A DNA stretch of 64,000 bases from Candidatus Poribacteria bacterium (GCA_965242965.1 OZ251518.1:3264001-3328000); one strand, 5' to 3'. Positions 31,553 through 42,940 are shown, counted from the first letter of the stretch. The notes: generated by a model not told the origin, from the sequence alone. Translations and numbers: made by a program.

Positions 31553-32644
31553 TTGATCAACCTATATGGGGCAACGTATGATAGAATGCAACTGCTGCGT
31601 CATGTCGGGGATATCTCGCAGATTGCGCACGCCAAAGTGAGCCAATTGGCATCCGGCTCCGAAAAAGGCGTAGATGCCATCGATTTCCGCACCGGTTCCG
31701 GCTTGAGTTTCACCGTCCTGCCGAGCCGCGGGTTGGATATCGCTTACGCCGAGTATCAGGGTATCCCGCTCTGCTGGCGTTCCAGCACGGGCGATGTGCA
31801 CCCGGCGCATTACGAACCGCACGGCCTCGGCTGGTTGCGAAGTTTCTCAGGAGGCTTGTTGACTACCTGCGGCATGCGGCAAGTCGGTGTCCCCTCGCAC
31901 GATGACGATGAAGAACTCGGGCTGCATGGGCGCGTCTCGCACATTCCCGCGAAAAACGTCTGGGTTGACAGCCGCTGGGAAGGACATCGCTATTTGCTCT
32001 GGGCACAGGGAAAGGTTACGGAAACGGCGGCGTTAGGCGAGAACCTCTGCCGCACACGGCGCATTTGGAGTGAGTTGGGCTCGCGGACGTTGCATGTTGA
32101 GGACATCGTCGAAAACGTGGGGTATCAGGATTCACCTCACATGTATCTCTTCCATATTAATGTCGGGTTCCCAATCCTCGCGCCGGGCAGCGAATTCCTC
32201 GCGCCATCATCGCAGGTAACCCCCCGGGACGAACATGCCGCCGAAAACCTGAACAATTACAATTTCGGGGAGCCGCCAACTGCTGATTTCCAGGAGCAGG
32301 TATACTATCACACGATGGCGGCGGACGTGCATAACCATAGCCACGTGGCGTTAGTGAACCGTGCGTTTAACAACGGACAAGGCATCGGTGTCTCCGTGCG
32401 TTACCACAAAACGCAGTTCCCGAATTTCGTCCAATGGAAAATGTGCGGGGAAGGCACTTACGTCATGGGGTTGGAACCCTCAAACTGCCTTGTCGATGGC
32501 AGGGCGGCGGCGCGCGAAGAGGGAACGTTACAGTTCATTGAACCCGGCGGCCGCCGGCACTACGAGGTAGAGATCGGCGTGCTTACCTCTAACGCTGAGA
32601 TTGATGCCCTTGAAGAAAAGATTGCTGCAACGCAGAATCAATAA
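31553..32644 (+). CDS. Aldose 1-epimerase superfamily (DUF4432)
   Basis: TTG after AAGGAG; RGLDI, GGLLTTCG, LGLHGR, YVMGLEP. Confidence 0.88.
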   Translation: MINLYGATYDRMQLLRHVGDISQIAHAKVSQLASGSEKGVDAIDFRTGSGLSFTVLPSRGLDIAYAEYQGIPLCWRSSTGDVHPAHYEPHGLGWLRSFSGGLLTTCGMRQVGVPSHDDDEELGLHGRVSHIPAKNVWVDSRWEGHRYLLWAQGKVTETAALGENLCRTRRIWSELGSRTLHVEDIVENVGYQDSPHMYLFHINVGFPILAPGSEFLAPSSQVTPRDEHAAENLNNYNFGEPPTADFQEQVYYHTMAADVHNHSHVALVNRAFNNGQGIGVSVRYHKTQFPNFVQWKMCGEGTYVMGLEPSNCLVDGRAAAREEGTLQFIEPGGRRHYEVEIGVLTSNAEIDALEEKIAATQNQ

Positions 32645-32676
32645 TACCAAATTAATCCTTACTTAAGGAGAAACCT

Positions 32677-34671
32677 ATGACTAGGAGATGTTTACCCTTA
32701 TCGCTCACCGCGTTCGCGCTCATCGCGATGTTGATATTCTTCGGATGCAGTGCGAAGGAAACACCACCGCCTGCCGCCGTGGAAGCACCGGCTGAGTCCG
32801 CAGAAGCGGAAGCAGCGATGCAACCTGAATCACCGGAGGCAAAGGAAGGAGAACCGGCTGAAAGAGAAGAAGAGAGCGCGCCCGAAGCACACCGCCATCA
32901 TCCGGAAGAGGAAGCGGCAATGTCTCTCCCTACCGTGCCGGAAGACAGTGTGCTCCATCTGATTCCCGAACAAACGATTGGGCTCATTTACTGCCCCAGT
33001 CTGGCTGAATTAGATACTCGGCTGAACGCGCTCGCGCAAGAGTTGATGCCCATGGCAGAACCGCCCGAGCTCCTCGCCAGCATTCTCGCCGACACGTTCG
33101 GCGCAGGTTTTGAGAGCCTTGACGAATTAGAGGAGATTGGGCTTGATTTAAACAAGGATTTCGCCATCTTTTTCACGAGTCTAGAACCGATGTTCCTCTC
33201 CGCCACCGTGCATTTGACTGAACCGGAAGCCATCATGCAGGTAATTGAGATGGAGGCAGAAGGCTCTGCACCCGTGGAATACAACGGCGTAACCTATTGG
33301 AACGCCGCTGGAGGTGGCGGTAGTTTCGCCATTTTAGATGATGTGCTTGTCTTCTCACAGCAGGCGACGGTATGTGAAAGCGCGATTGATACCTTTCAAG
33401 GGAATACACCGGCTGTTGCGATGAATGTCAATTACACCCGGTTTCTCACCGATGTTGTCGCAGGCACGAATCAACTCGCCGTTCGCTTTGACTTTGACTC
33501 CATCGGGCCGCTCTTGAGCGTGAAGTTGGAAGAAGAAGTGAACGAGATGGTTGACAGCCTAGAAAGTGCCTCCGAATCCGCCGGGCTGGTTCCGATGGTT
33601 GCGAAAACATTGGGCGGCGCGCTTTCTTTGATTGACAAAGCGAAGACACTCAGGGTGACGCTATCGGTTGAAGGTGCCGATGTGCAAATCGCGCCTTCCC
33701 TCACCTTCAAACCCGGCAGCGCGATGCAAAAAATGCTCAGTGGGATGCAGGGCGAATTGTCCCTACTCAACGGGTTACCGGAACGTGCAACGATGAGTGG
33801 CGCGATAAAGGTCAGCTCCAAGACACTGCTTGAGATAGGCAAGTTCGGGTTCATGTTCTTCCCGCAAGATACCCCCGAACAAAAGGCGGTGCTTGAACCG
33901 GTGATTGAAAGGATGACGGGATTTTACGATGCTCTTACTGGAGAGATGGCATCTACTCTCAACTTCAGCGATAGTCTGATTCCTGACTCCCTTATCGTTT
34001 ACGGCGTTCAAGACGCGGCGAAGGCGCGGGCGTATATGGACGAGGGATTTGTGGAGCAGCTGCAAGTTTCCATGCGGTTAATGCAAGGCATGATGGCGGG
34101 GTTGCCGAACGCTGACGGTGTGCTCGGCATGTATGAAGGCGCGGCACCCGGGCCGTCTGAAATGCATAGCGGCGTGGAAATTAAAAGTTATACCTTTCCT
34201 AATTTCGGGAAGGTGTGGGCGCAAGCAGAAGTCCCACTCCCCCTTCCTCCGGTATGGAATTGCTATTACGCTTTCACCGAAGCACATCTCTTTTTGGTGA
34301 TGGGGAGTAGCCCGCAACTCTTGAAAGACGCTCTCGATGGCATGGCGGGCACTGGCACAACGCTGGCAACCCATCCGAGTTATCAGCACTTAGCGCGAAA
34401 GTTGGGCACGGATAATCACGTCTTTTACGCGATTTCACCCATCATCGCGGCGAAGAGTTTGAGCCCACTCTTGATACAGAGCGACCCGGGCAGTGCCGCG
34501 GCACTGCAAATGTTTTCGGGCATGTTGGAGAATCTCCCGGATAATTACAGCATCGGCTTCGCCGCCAAAGCACATGACGGCGGAATTGATACCAAGCTGC
34601 TCCTCACCCTCGGTGATTTCAAGCAGCTCATCCAAATGATGGCGATGATGACAGGCGGAAGCCGAGGATAG
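32677..34671 (+). CDS. Large hypothetical lipoprotein (DUF3352-like)
   Basis: Lipobox FFGC; acidic linker; repeated alpha/beta units. Confidence 0.7.
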   Translation: MTRRCLPLSLTAFALIAMLIFFGCSAKETPPPAAVEAPAESAEAEAAMQPESPEAKEGEPAEREEESAPEAHRHHPEEEAAMSLPTVPEDSVLHLIPEQTIGLIYCPSLAELDTRLNALAQELMPMAEPPELLASILADTFGAGFESLDELEEIGLDLNKDFAIFFTSLEPMFLSATVHLTEPEAIMQVIEMEAEGSAPVEYNGVTYWNAAGGGGSFAILDDVLVFSQQATVCESAIDTFQGNTPAVAMNVNYTRFLTDVVAGTNQLAVRFDFDSIGPLLSVKLEEEVNEMVDSLESASESAGLVPMVAKTLGGALSLIDKAKTLRVTLSVEGADVQIAPSLTFKPGSAMQKMLSGMQGELSLLNGLPERATMSGAIKVSSKTLLEIGKFGFMFFPQDTPEQKAVLEPVIERMTGFYDALTGEMASTLNFSDSLIPDSLIVYGVQDAAKARAYMDEGFVEQLQVSMRLMQGMMAGLPNADGVLGMYEGAAPGPSEMHSGVEIKSYTFPNFGKVWAQAEVPLPLPPVWNCYYAFTEAHLFLVMGSSPQLLKDALDGMAGTGTTLATHPSYQHLARKLGTDNHVFYAISPIIAAKSLSPLLIQSDPGSAAALQMFSGMLENLPDNYSIGFAAKAHDGGIDTKLLLTLGDFKQLIQMMAMMTGGSRG

Positions 34672-34842
34672 GTATCCTGCAACCGAAAAGCATCGGGCAT
34701 CGTTAAGTTTGCAAGATAGACGATTTCCCGCGGTAGGCGCGGTTTCAAACCGCGCCTCCGGGGTTCAGTCTGCGTCTATCCTATTGCAGAATACGTAAAA
34801 AAAGTTGTTATCAGCGGCCTCGGGTCGCGAAGGAGAAAAGTT

Positions 34843-36123
34843 TTGAATTTCAGAAACCAGGGTTACAAACGCGCGCGGCACGCCATCGCCATCGGCGAAG
34901 TTGTCCTCGCCTGCCTGCTACTCATCGTCTCATTCGCTGTAGCAGACACAGGGGAGGAAGAAGCCGCGCCGCCGAAGAAAAGTCCCGTAAAAATCGGCGG
35001 GGCAATGCGGGTAAGCTATGTCTACGGCACTTACGGCACTGATGAAAGTCCGCATCGCCGCGGCCAACGCATCGGTGATGTCGATCTTGAGATTTTCCGA
35101 CTCAACGCCGATCTGGACTATCGCAACATCATCAGTCGGTTGGAATACCGGTGGTACGACAATTACAGCATGATTCATACGGCGTGGTTAGGCTATAACC
35201 TCGGCGATTTTGGAACGCTCAAAGCCGGGATTGTGCGCGTGCCTTTCGGACCCGGGCCCTACGGCGTGTCCTCGAGTTGGTATTTTGACCAGCACTATTA
35301 CGTCGGACTTGCCGATGACATGGATCTCGGGGTAAGATGGAATAGCACTTTTGACAAGTTGCAACTTGACGTTGCCTACTACTTGCAAAGCGAATTCCAA
35401 ACCGATGGCGATAGCGTCGCGAGCTCGCGCTACAGTTATGACATCGTCAAATGGGAAGAACACGCCGATGCAAAAGGTGTTGTGGCGTGGGGTGCCGGGG
35501 AAAACGGGTTTGATGAGCAACATCAAATGAACCTGCGCGCGATTTATAGCGTGGGGGATGTTGCGGACATCGGCGCGTCACTGCAATACGGGTTGCTGAA
35601 AGGAACCGACGTGGATGACGATGGCGCGAACCACTACGCTGTCTCCGCGCACATGAAAAACACGTTCTCGGATTTCACCCTCTTTTCGCAAGCCTCCTAT
35701 TACGCGTATAACATCACGGATGAAACGCCTTGGGGCACCGGAGATTTGATTCCGATGGGTGCGTTTGATTTTGCGTGGCCCATCGCCTCAAAAGGATTCA
35801 TTCCCGGCATCTCGCTGCGCTACGGTGGCATTGATGCGTCTAGTATTTCGTGGATTGACAGTGTTACGCCGTATGCTGAATTCAGCACTGTCCTGAAAAC
35901 GGGAACGGATTACAATCCCAGCCATCTGGTGGTTATCGGCGCGAGTTGGACGCTCTTCGGGAATCTCTATCTCTATAGCGATGTCGGGATTTCCAACGGC
36001 AACTTTTTTGTCGGTAACGATGGCGATGACTACGGCAACATCAACAGCGTTGGCGACTTTGGTGCCAATGGCAATGACACGTGGAATACGCGTGTTAATT
36101 TGAACTTCGGCTATTATTTCTAG
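34843..36123 (+). CDS. Outer-membrane porin-like beta-barrel
   Basis: Signal peptide, aromatic-rich strands, ends NLNFGYYF; upstream of BCCT. Confidence 0.8.
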   Translation: MNFRNQGYKRARHAIAIGEVVLACLLLIVSFAVADTGEEEAAPPKKSPVKIGGAMRVSYVYGTYGTDESPHRRGQRIGDVDLEIFRLNADLDYRNIISRLEYRWYDNYSMIHTAWLGYNLGDFGTLKAGIVRVPFGPGPYGVSSSWYFDQHYYVGLADDMDLGVRWNSTFDKLQLDVAYYLQSEFQTDGDSVASSRYSYDIVKWEEHADAKGVVAWGAGENGFDEQHQMNLRAIYSVGDVADIGASLQYGLLKGTDVDDDGANHYAVSAHMKNTFSDFTLFSQASYYAYNITDETPWGTGDLIPMGAFDFAWPIASKGFIPGISLRYGGIDASSISWIDSVTPYAEFSTVLKTGTDYNPSHLVVIGASWTLFGNLYLYSDVGISNGNFFVGNDGDDYGNINSVGDFGANGNDTWNTRVNLNFGYYF

Positions 36124-36254
36124 CATTTCTCTGTATTGTCCGAAGGATGAATACGCGACCGTCGCTGAGTCGCTTAGGGCGAGGGGGGGCAAGAGACGAA
36201 AAGAAACCCCCCGCGCCTCCTTCGCGGCGATACAGAAAAATCAAGGAGAAAATT

Positions 36255-37880
36255 ATGCAGATGCACGAAGACGAAAAACAGTCGCGTTTGCCGGACGAAG
36301 AACAGTACCAGAAGCTCTTCGGCCTAAACATTCTGTTGACACCGGTATTCGTGATTTCCAGTATCGCTATCGTGGTTTTTGTTCTCGGTTCGCTTATTTT
36401 TCAGGAACACGCCACGACGCTCTTTAAGCATACGCGTTCATGGCTCACGACGAACCTTGACTGGTTTTTCATGCTCAGCGTCAATCTTGTCGTGCTATTT
36501 TGTCTGGTGGTGGCATTTTCCCCACTCGGCAAGGTGCGCCTCGGTGGGAAAGATGCGAAGCCTGAATACTCCTACCTTACCTGGTTGGCGATGCTCTTCG
36601 CCGCGGGTGTCGGCATTGGGCTCCTCTTTTTCGGGGTGCTTGAGCCGGTTACCTACTTTCAGAGTCCACCGCTCGGCGTAGAGAAAATCTATGACACAGA
36701 TACTGCCTATACCGCGGAGAATACGCCCGACATGAATGCCGCTGACACGCAGAAGGTAGCTGCCTTGGCGATAGCGACAACCACTTTTCACTGGGGCTTG
36801 CACGGGTGGGCCGTCTACGCTATTGTCGGCCTCGCGCTCGCATTTTTCGCGTATAATAAAGGGCTACCTCTGACTATCCGTTCCGCGTTCTATCCTATCT
36901 TCGGAGAGCGGATTTGGGGCTGGCCCGGGCACATTATTGATACGTTCGCAATCTTTGCCGGGCTCTTCGGGCTCGCAACATCGCTCGGTTTCGGGGCGCA
37001 GCAAGTGACAGCCGGACTCAATTATCTCTTTGGCGTGCCACAGAATATCTGGACGATGGTAGGCTTGATTCTCTTCATTACTACGATAGCGATGATTTCT
37101 GTGTTGTCCGGCATTAATGTCGGCATTAAGCGGCTGAGTCAATTCAACATCATCCTCGCCTTCGTATTGCTAGGTGTCGTGATGATTCTCGGCCCGACAG
37201 GTTACATTTTCCGCAGTCTGTTCGCAGGACTCAAGGAATATGCCGTGCAAGTTTTACCGCTCAGCAATTGGGTGGGAAGACCGGATAAGGCGTTCATGCA
37301 TGGATGGACAACGTTCTATTGGGCATGGTGGATTGCCTGGGCCCCTTTCGTTGGCTCGTTCATCGCACGTGTTTCAAAGGGGCGCACCGTGAGAGAGTTC
37401 ATGTTTTTTGTGCTTATCCTCCCGACGCTCCTCTGTTTGCTGTGGTTTAGTGTTTTCGGAGGCACCTCCATCCACGAATTCCTCACGAGCGGCTACACAG
37501 GGGTAACCGAGACTGTTGAGGCGTACAAACCGGAACTCGTGCTTTTCAAAATGTTTGACGTGCTGCCATTGACGATGCTGCTCTCCTGTGTGGGGATGAC
37601 GCTAACAATCGTCTTTTTTGTCACTTCATCAGATTCCGGCTCGCTCATCATTGACACTATCGCCTCCGGCGGTAGGGTAGATGCACCTGCCGCGCAACGG
37701 GTATTCTGGGCGTGGGCAGAAGGGCTTGTCGCAATCGTCCTGCTAGTCGGCGGTGGTTTGACAGCCTTGCAAGCCGCCTCTCTCTCTACAGGGCTGCCCT
37801 TCGCGCTGGTGCTCCTTGGGATGTGTGTCTGCGTCTGGATAGGGCTCCGTCGCGAACGCGCTGAAGAAAGAGAGGACTAA
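36255..37880 (+). CDS. BCCT family betaine/choline/carnitine transporter
   Basis: WLAMLFAAGVGIGL, HWGLHGWA.Y, WTTFYWAWWIAWAPFVG, FFVTSSDSGS. Confidence 0.95.
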   Translation: MQMHEDEKQSRLPDEEQYQKLFGLNILLTPVFVISSIAIVVFVLGSLIFQEHATTLFKHTRSWLTTNLDWFFMLSVNLVVLFCLVVAFSPLGKVRLGGKDAKPEYSYLTWLAMLFAAGVGIGLLFFGVLEPVTYFQSPPLGVEKIYDTDTAYTAENTPDMNAADTQKVAALAIATTTFHWGLHGWAVYAIVGLALAFFAYNKGLPLTIRSAFYPIFGERIWGWPGHIIDTFAIFAGLFGLATSLGFGAQQVTAGLNYLFGVPQNIWTMVGLILFITTIAMISVLSGINVGIKRLSQFNIILAFVLLGVVMILGPTGYIFRSLFAGLKEYAVQVLPLSNWVGRPDKAFMHGWTTFYWAWWIAWAPFVGSFIARVSKGRTVREFMFFVLILPTLLCLLWFSVFGGTSIHEFLTSGYTGVTETVEAYKPELVLFKMFDVLPLTMLLSCVGMTLTIVFFVTSSDSGSLIIDTIASGGRVDAPAAQRVFWAWAEGLVAIVLLVGGGLTALQAASLSTGLPFALVLLGMCVCVWIGLRRERAEERED

Positions 37881-37973
37881 CCCGGTAGGCGCGCTTTCAA
37901 AGCGCGCCTAATCCGATGAGTCTAGCGTTTTTGTCTCAATGAAGTTGGACTACCGCTAGGCACAACGAAAAAT

Positions 37974-39032
37974 ATGAAAATCCTTGGTATTGACACTTCG
38001 TGTGATGAGACAGCGGTTGCGGTTGTCGCCGATGGGCGCGATGTGCTGTCCAACGTCATCGCTTCGCAGGTAAAAGCGCATCAGGAATACGGCGGCGTTG
38101 TCCCCGAACTCGCATCGCGCAAACACATCGAAGCGATTAACTACATCGTTGATAAAGCACTCACGGAAGCGAACGTCACCTTTCACGACGTGGATGCAGT
38201 GGCGGTGACAAATCGTCCCGGGCTCATCGGCGCGCTCCTCATCGGCGTGGCGGCGGCGAAAAGCCTCGCTTACGCGCACAACCTCCCACTGCTCGGCATT
38301 AATCACATTGAGGGACATATCTATGCCAACTACATGGTGCATGACGCGCTGACGTTTCCGCATATCTGTCTCACCGTTTCTGGCGGACATACGCTACTCG
38401 TTGAGGTGCACGAAGGATGGAGATACAAGGTTTTGGGGAGCACCCAAGACGATGCAGCCGGAGAAGTCTATGATAAAGTAGCGAAATACCTGGGACTCGG
38501 TTTCCCCGGCGGCAGAATTATCGATGAACTCGCGCAAAAAGGGAACCCTACCGCAATAGACTTCCCCCGGCCGATGCGCAACAGCGGCGATTATCAATTC
38601 AGTTTCAGCGGCATCAAAACGTCGGTTCGTTATTTCATTGAGAAAGCGCAACGTCAGCGGGCCTCGGCTTCTAATAAAACAGGCTCGCCTGATTCCGTTA
38701 CCGCAGAACTTCCAGCCGCGATTGAAGACATCGCCGCGAGTTTCCAAGCCGCCGTAGTAGACGTGCTTGTCTACAAAACGCTCCGCGCAGCGAAAGAGAC
38801 AGGCGCGAAAACAGTCACATTAACCGGCGGTGTCGCGGCGAACAGCCAATTGCGGGCATCGTTAAAAGCCGCTGCTGCGGAGCTCGGCGCGAATGTCTAC
38901 TATCCGCCGATTAGCCTCTGCACCGATAACGGTGCCATGATTGCGGGCATTGCTTACGTCAAATATCAGCAGGGCTTGCGCGATGGACTCGCACTCAACG
39001 CTGCCGCAAAAGGGACGATTGTGGACGTTTAG
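37974..39032 (+). CDS. tsaD: tRNA t6A threonylcarbamoyltransferase
   Basis: GIDTSCDET, GGVVPELASRKH, NHIEGH, SGGHT, CTDNGAMIA. Confidence 0.97.
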   Translation: MKILGIDTSCDETAVAVVADGRDVLSNVIASQVKAHQEYGGVVPELASRKHIEAINYIVDKALTEANVTFHDVDAVAVTNRPGLIGALLIGVAAAKSLAYAHNLPLLGINHIEGHIYANYMVHDALTFPHICLTVSGGHTLLVEVHEGWRYKVLGSTQDDAAGEVYDKVAKYLGLGFPGGRIIDELAQKGNPTAIDFPRPMRNSGDYQFSFSGIKTSVRYFIEKAQRQRASASNKTGSPDSVTAELPAAIEDIAASFQAAVVDVLVYKTLRAAKETGAKTVTLTGGVAANSQLRASLKAAAAELGANVYYPPISLCTDNGAMIAGIAYVKYQQGLRDGLALNAAAKGTIVDV

Positions 39033-39047
39033 AGGAGGGAATGCCCT

Positions 39048-39659
39048 GTGGATTCTCATGAACGCATTAACACTGCTGCAAACTGTCTCGCAGCCGGCGG
39101 CATTGTCGCTGTCCCTACCGATACCGTATACGGGTTAGGTGCCGATGCATTTAATGCCGATGCCGTGCAGAAACTCTACACCTTGAAGGGACGGCCCGCA
39201 GGAAAACCGATTCCGCTCGTCCTCGGCACAGTGGACAATGTGCATCAAGTCGCACAAAACTTACCGGGGTTCTTTTTTCATCTCACCGAGAAGTTTTGGC
39301 CCGGCGGCTTGACTATCGTCGTGGAGGCGAAAAATCTGCTACCGATATTAACAGCCGGCGGCAGCACTGTCGGCCTGCGCATCCCGAACCATCCGCTCCT
39401 CTTGCGAGTCCTCCGGCTGTTCGGCAAGCCGATGGCGATGACGAGCGCGAATCTCTCTGGGGAACCCCCCGCGACTTCTGTGCAAGAATTCGGCGAGGAG
39501 TTGGTATCGCAAATTGATATGATAGTTGACGGCGGCAAAACACCGGGGCCCGTGCCATCCACAGTCTACGATATTTCTGTCTCGCCGCCGCAGCTCCGTC
39601 GCCCCGGCGTGATTTCCGAAGAGATACTCGTTAACGAACTCGCGTCTTACAATTTGTAA
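39048..39659 (+). CDS. tsaC: Threonylcarbamoyl-AMP synthase (YrdC/Sua5)
   Basis: PTDTVYGL, KGRP..KP, WPG.LT, TSANLSG. Confidence 0.93.
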   Translation: MDSHERINTAANCLAAGGIVAVPTDTVYGLGADAFNADAVQKLYTLKGRPAGKPIPLVLGTVDNVHQVAQNLPGFFFHLTEKFWPGGLTIVVEAKNLLPILTAGGSTVGLRIPNHPLLLRVLRLFGKPMAMTSANLSGEPPATSVQEFGEELVSQIDMIVDGGKTPGPVPSTVYDISVSPPQLRRPGVISEEILVNELASYNL

Positions 39660-39661
39660 GG

Positions 39662-40297
39662 ATGGATGTCTCTCTGTCCGTTTCAGATGTCTCTATCCGT
39701 CGAGAAGAAAGGAACTGTGTGTTACAACAAGCATTAAAGCAACTTCTCCAATTCCTATCCACGCCGACTGGACAGTCAATGCTCCTCGCGCTTGTCAGCC
39801 TAATTGCATTAGCAGTCGTCTACCACAAAAAACGGCAGATTCCAGGGCTGACTGTAGCGGTTATCGCCGAAGATACGTGGTTTATCAACCGCGAAGACAG
39901 CGATAAAGGGCGGCAACGCCTCGCCATCGTTGTCTCGTTGCATTTGATGAACAAATCGGCTGCACCGATTCGGTTGCGCACCTGTAAACTGAGCGGCTAC
40001 TCGCCGAAACCACCGCCAGAGAAACTCTTCTTGCAGGGACACGACAGAAGCGTTGAACTCACCTATCCGAAATACGCCCTCTTTTCAGATGCCTACAATT
40101 CGGAGTATGTCCTGAACCCTTACACCGAACAGCGGATGTGGGTTTTCTATCACTCCGGCATTGTCACGATGACGAACATGCTCCGCGCGCCGATTGTGCT
40201 GAAGGATGTCAATCGGAAGCGCAAATCGGTGCATGTCGCCGTGCCTCGCAATATGGAGCAAATCCAACTCTATCGCGAAGCGGCGATGAGATGGTAG
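39662..40297 (+). CDS. Hypothetical membrane-anchored protein
   Basis: Single TM segment then soluble beta domain; co-oriented with tsaDC. Confidence 0.65.
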   Translation: MDVSLSVSDVSIRREERNCVLQQALKQLLQFLSTPTGQSMLLALVSLIALAVVYHKKRQIPGLTVAVIAEDTWFINREDSDKGRQRLAIVVSLHLMNKSAAPIRLRTCKLSGYSPKPPPEKLFLQGHDRSVELTYPKYALFSDAYNSEYVLNPYTEQRMWVFYHSGIVTMTNMLRAPIVLKDVNRKRKSVHVAVPRNMEQIQLYREAAMRW

Positions 40298-40326
40298 TCC
40301 GCAGCCTATAAGCGCGGCGTGCTTTT

Positions 40327-41370
40327 TTATGCGAACTCCGCCAACTTCACCGATTTCCCACCCGCCTCTGCCGAGGCATCCGCCGCGAAGACGACGCGGT
40401 GAGATTCAAACGCGGTGTCAAAATCTGTCAGCGGCATCGGTTCGTTTCGGTTGAGACTATCGATGAACGCTTGGAACTGCGGTTCATACGGATGATCGCT
40501 CACGTCACCGGAGTCAATGAGCGATGTCTCCAGCGTGCTCCACCGGCTCTTGTCCATTCCTTTCAGTTTCGCCGAGTAGATGCGATTATCCAGCAGGCTC
40601 CCTTCACTTCCGACGAGGTGGATGTGGAAGTAATAAGGCTGCAGGCAATCCACACAGGAGGTAACCTTCCCGATTTTCCCGCCGCCTTCAAACTTGAGCA
40701 GACTGACGCTGGTAGTCTTATACTCGTAAGGTTGGAAATCACGCCCGGTGGATTGAGTGTGATAACTCGTGACCTCCTCGACATTGCCATCCATGAAGAA
40801 GAGCAGTGCATCGAGAGCGTGGCACCCCGCCGTGAGCAGCGTGCTACCGCCGAAATCCTTCTTGATGTTCCACTCGTATTGTCCGTACCAGGGCCCGATA
40901 CCGTGGTAATAGTCAACTTCGGCGTAGTGGAGTTCGCCGAGCAGTCCGTTATCAATGACGGAGCGGATCATCGTGAAATGCGCGCTGTAGCGACATTCAA
41001 AGCAGACGCAGGCTTGCACGCCCGCGCGTCTCACTGCATCGCGAATCGCTTTGGCATCGTCATAGGTGAGGCAGATGGGCTTCTCGATGATGAGATGCTT
41101 CCCTGCCTCCGCCGCGGCGATGGCTTGCTCGGCGTGAAACGGGTGCGGCGTGCAAATATCGACGATGTGGATACCCGGGTCTGCGAGCATTTCTTCGTAG
41201 TCGGTATACGCCTTGAGCGGCGTGCCGTATGTCGCCGCGAGTTCAGTCCCATCGTGCTCGCGCCGCGAGCAGATAGCGGTGACGTTCGCGCCGTTGACAG
41301 CCTTGAATGCGTCAATGTGTGCCCCGGCCACCCAGCCGAGTCCAACAATTCCAACGTTGAGGTTATTCAT
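40327..41370 (-). CDS. Gfo/Idh/MocA oxidoreductase
   Basis: [27 protein letters not shown]. Confidence 0.93.
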   Translation of the reverse strand: MNNLNVGIVGLGWVAGAHIDAFKAVNGANVTAICSRREHDGTELAATYGTPLKAYTDYEEMLADPGIHIVDICTPHPFHAEQAIAAAEAGKHLIIEKPICLTYDDAKAIRDAVRRAGVQACVCFECRYSAHFTMIRSVIDNGLLGELHYAEVDYYHGIGPWYGQYEWNIKKDFGGSTLLTAGCHALDALLFFMDGNVEEVTSYHTQSTGRDFQPYEYKTTSVSLLKFEGGGKIGKVTSCVDCLQPYYFHIHLVGSEGSLLDNRIYSAKLKGMDKSRWSTLETSLIDSGDVSDHPYEPQFQAFIDSLNRNEPMPLTDFDTAFESHRVVFAADASAEAGGKSVKLAEFA

Positions 41371-41467
41371 ATTAAGTCTCCTTTTCGTGAATTTGGGATA
41401 TTGTAGCAGAGACGCGGATTTTACGTAACCGCGAATCTGTTAGTTAGCAAGAACATTTCGTTTTCCC

Positions 41468-41822
41468 CGGTAGGAGAGACCTCCCGGTCTCGATGCGAGC
41501 GATGCCCCGGTAGGAGAGCCCTCCTGGTCTCGATGCGAGCGATGCCCCGGTAGGAGAGCCCTCCCGGTCTCGATTTCTGCATCGCTCGCGCGCCGGGCCC
41601 TGTAGTTCAGGAGCACCTGCTCCTGAACCGTTTGTGATCAGGCGATCACAAACTACAGAGAGGGAAACACACATCGGGACGATGGAGATCGCGGGGGAAA
41701 CCCGCTCGGATGCGCGTATGGCATCCGAGGGCCCCCGCGCTACGGTGAAAAAAACGCCATCCCCTAAAATCGAGCCCCGAGGTCTCTCCTACCGGGAAGA
41801 CATCGAAATATGAAACACCCTC
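41468..41822. repeat. REP-like cluster ending in a solo TIR TATGAAACACCCTC
   Basis: Three tandem GTAGGAGAG modules, E-type doublet, right TIR only. Confidence 0.8.
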
Positions 41823-41825
41823 ACC

Positions 41826-42698
41826 TTATTCATCCATCGCGACGCGCCGGTTTGCAATGCAAACAGACTCGCCATCAATTTCAATGCCGATACAGGCACG
41901 TCCCTGGCGCATCGCAGCTACCGCCGTTGTCCCACTGCCGAGGAAAGGATCTAGGACAATCTGGCCATGAACCGAAAACAGAAGTATGAGATGTTCTACG
42001 AGCGCGACAGGTTTCACCGTCAGATGTCCATTAAAATGACTGCGTTGAGGTTTCTCGACAGTCATCACGGTGCTAGGCGCGCTGCCATCTAGAGAGGCAC
42101 TCGCGTCAATCAAACCCGTTTCATGAACTTGCCAATTCTCAACAAACGTGCCGATTCGGGGTTTCTGTGCAAGAATCATCGCCTCGAATTGCGGGCGCAA
42201 CTGAGGGGTTTTCCGCCCTTGAAGGTTCGCCTTCAACGCCTCCTTTTCCTCCTCGGTCTTATCCTTCATGCGAGTGACGAAATGATCCATGGAGAATGCC
42301 TTGAATTGCGCGCGACGAGTGAAGTGCCACGCGTAAAGGTCGCGAATTTCAAACCCCGCGTCCTCAAGTCCAATCGCCATCCGATGCACCAACCGCGGTT
42401 GACTGAACACGACAGCAAACGCGCCCGGCTTCAGCACCCTTATCATCAAACCGCTCACTTCTGTCATGAAGGCTTGTAAGGCTATTCCTTGTTTCGGATC
42501 GAATTTCATTCCGACAGGCAACCCGCCGATAACCCCCGTGGCGCGTTTCGCACCCTTTTTTCCTTTCTTCCAGTCGGCATCAAGGCCATCAAGAAAATAG
42601 GGGGGATCGGTTACGACAAGATGGATGGATTCCTCTTCGAGTTCTGGCAATTTTTCTAGGCAGTTTCCGTGTATAATTTGGGAAGATGGTTTTTGCAT
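41826..42698 (-). CDS. Orphan N6/N4 DNA methyltransferase
   Basis: VTDPPY, H.TVKP, LDPFLGSGTT. Confidence 0.92.
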   Translation of the reverse strand: MQKPSSQIIHGNCLEKLPELEEESIHLVVTDPPYFLDGLDADWKKGKKGAKRATGVIGGLPVGMKFDPKQGIALQAFMTEVSGLMIRVLKPGAFAVVFSQPRLVHRMAIGLEDAGFEIRDLYAWHFTRRAQFKAFSMDHFVTRMKDKTEEEKEALKANLQGRKTPQLRPQFEAMILAQKPRIGTFVENWQVHETGLIDASASLDGSAPSTVMTVEKPQRSHFNGHLTVKPVALVEHLILLFSVHGQIVLDPFLGSGTTAVAAMRQGRACIGIEIDGESVCIANRRVAMDE

Positions 42699-42717
42699 AG
42701 AATTTGTTGGTGATTGC

Positions 42718-42940
42718 GGCATGGCGAGGGACAGGCCCTCGCCCTACGGTAATCGGCACGCTTTTTTTAATCGTAGCGCGGGGGCCTGTCCCCCGCGATC
42801 TCTCCGTGCCCCAAGCATGGCGAGGGACAGGCCCTCGCCCTACAGTAATCGGCACGCTTTTTTTAATCGTAGCGCGGGGGCCTGTCCCCCGCGATCTCTC
42901 CGTGCTCCAGAGCCTGGCGAGGGATAGATTTCCCTCGCCT
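42718..42940. repeat. Tandem ~97-bp REP doublets
   Basis: Repeated ATGGCGAGGGACAGGCCCTCGCCCTAC...GTAGCGCGGGGGCC units. Confidence 0.85.

Noticed and set aside
38640-38720. Extra loop in TsaD as an intein or repeat insertion
   Set aside because: Too short for an intein and no match to the REP modules; probably a variable loop
40399-41406. Long antisense ORFs (also 43743-44558, 46274-47026)
   Set aside because: Shadows of well-supported genes on the opposite strand
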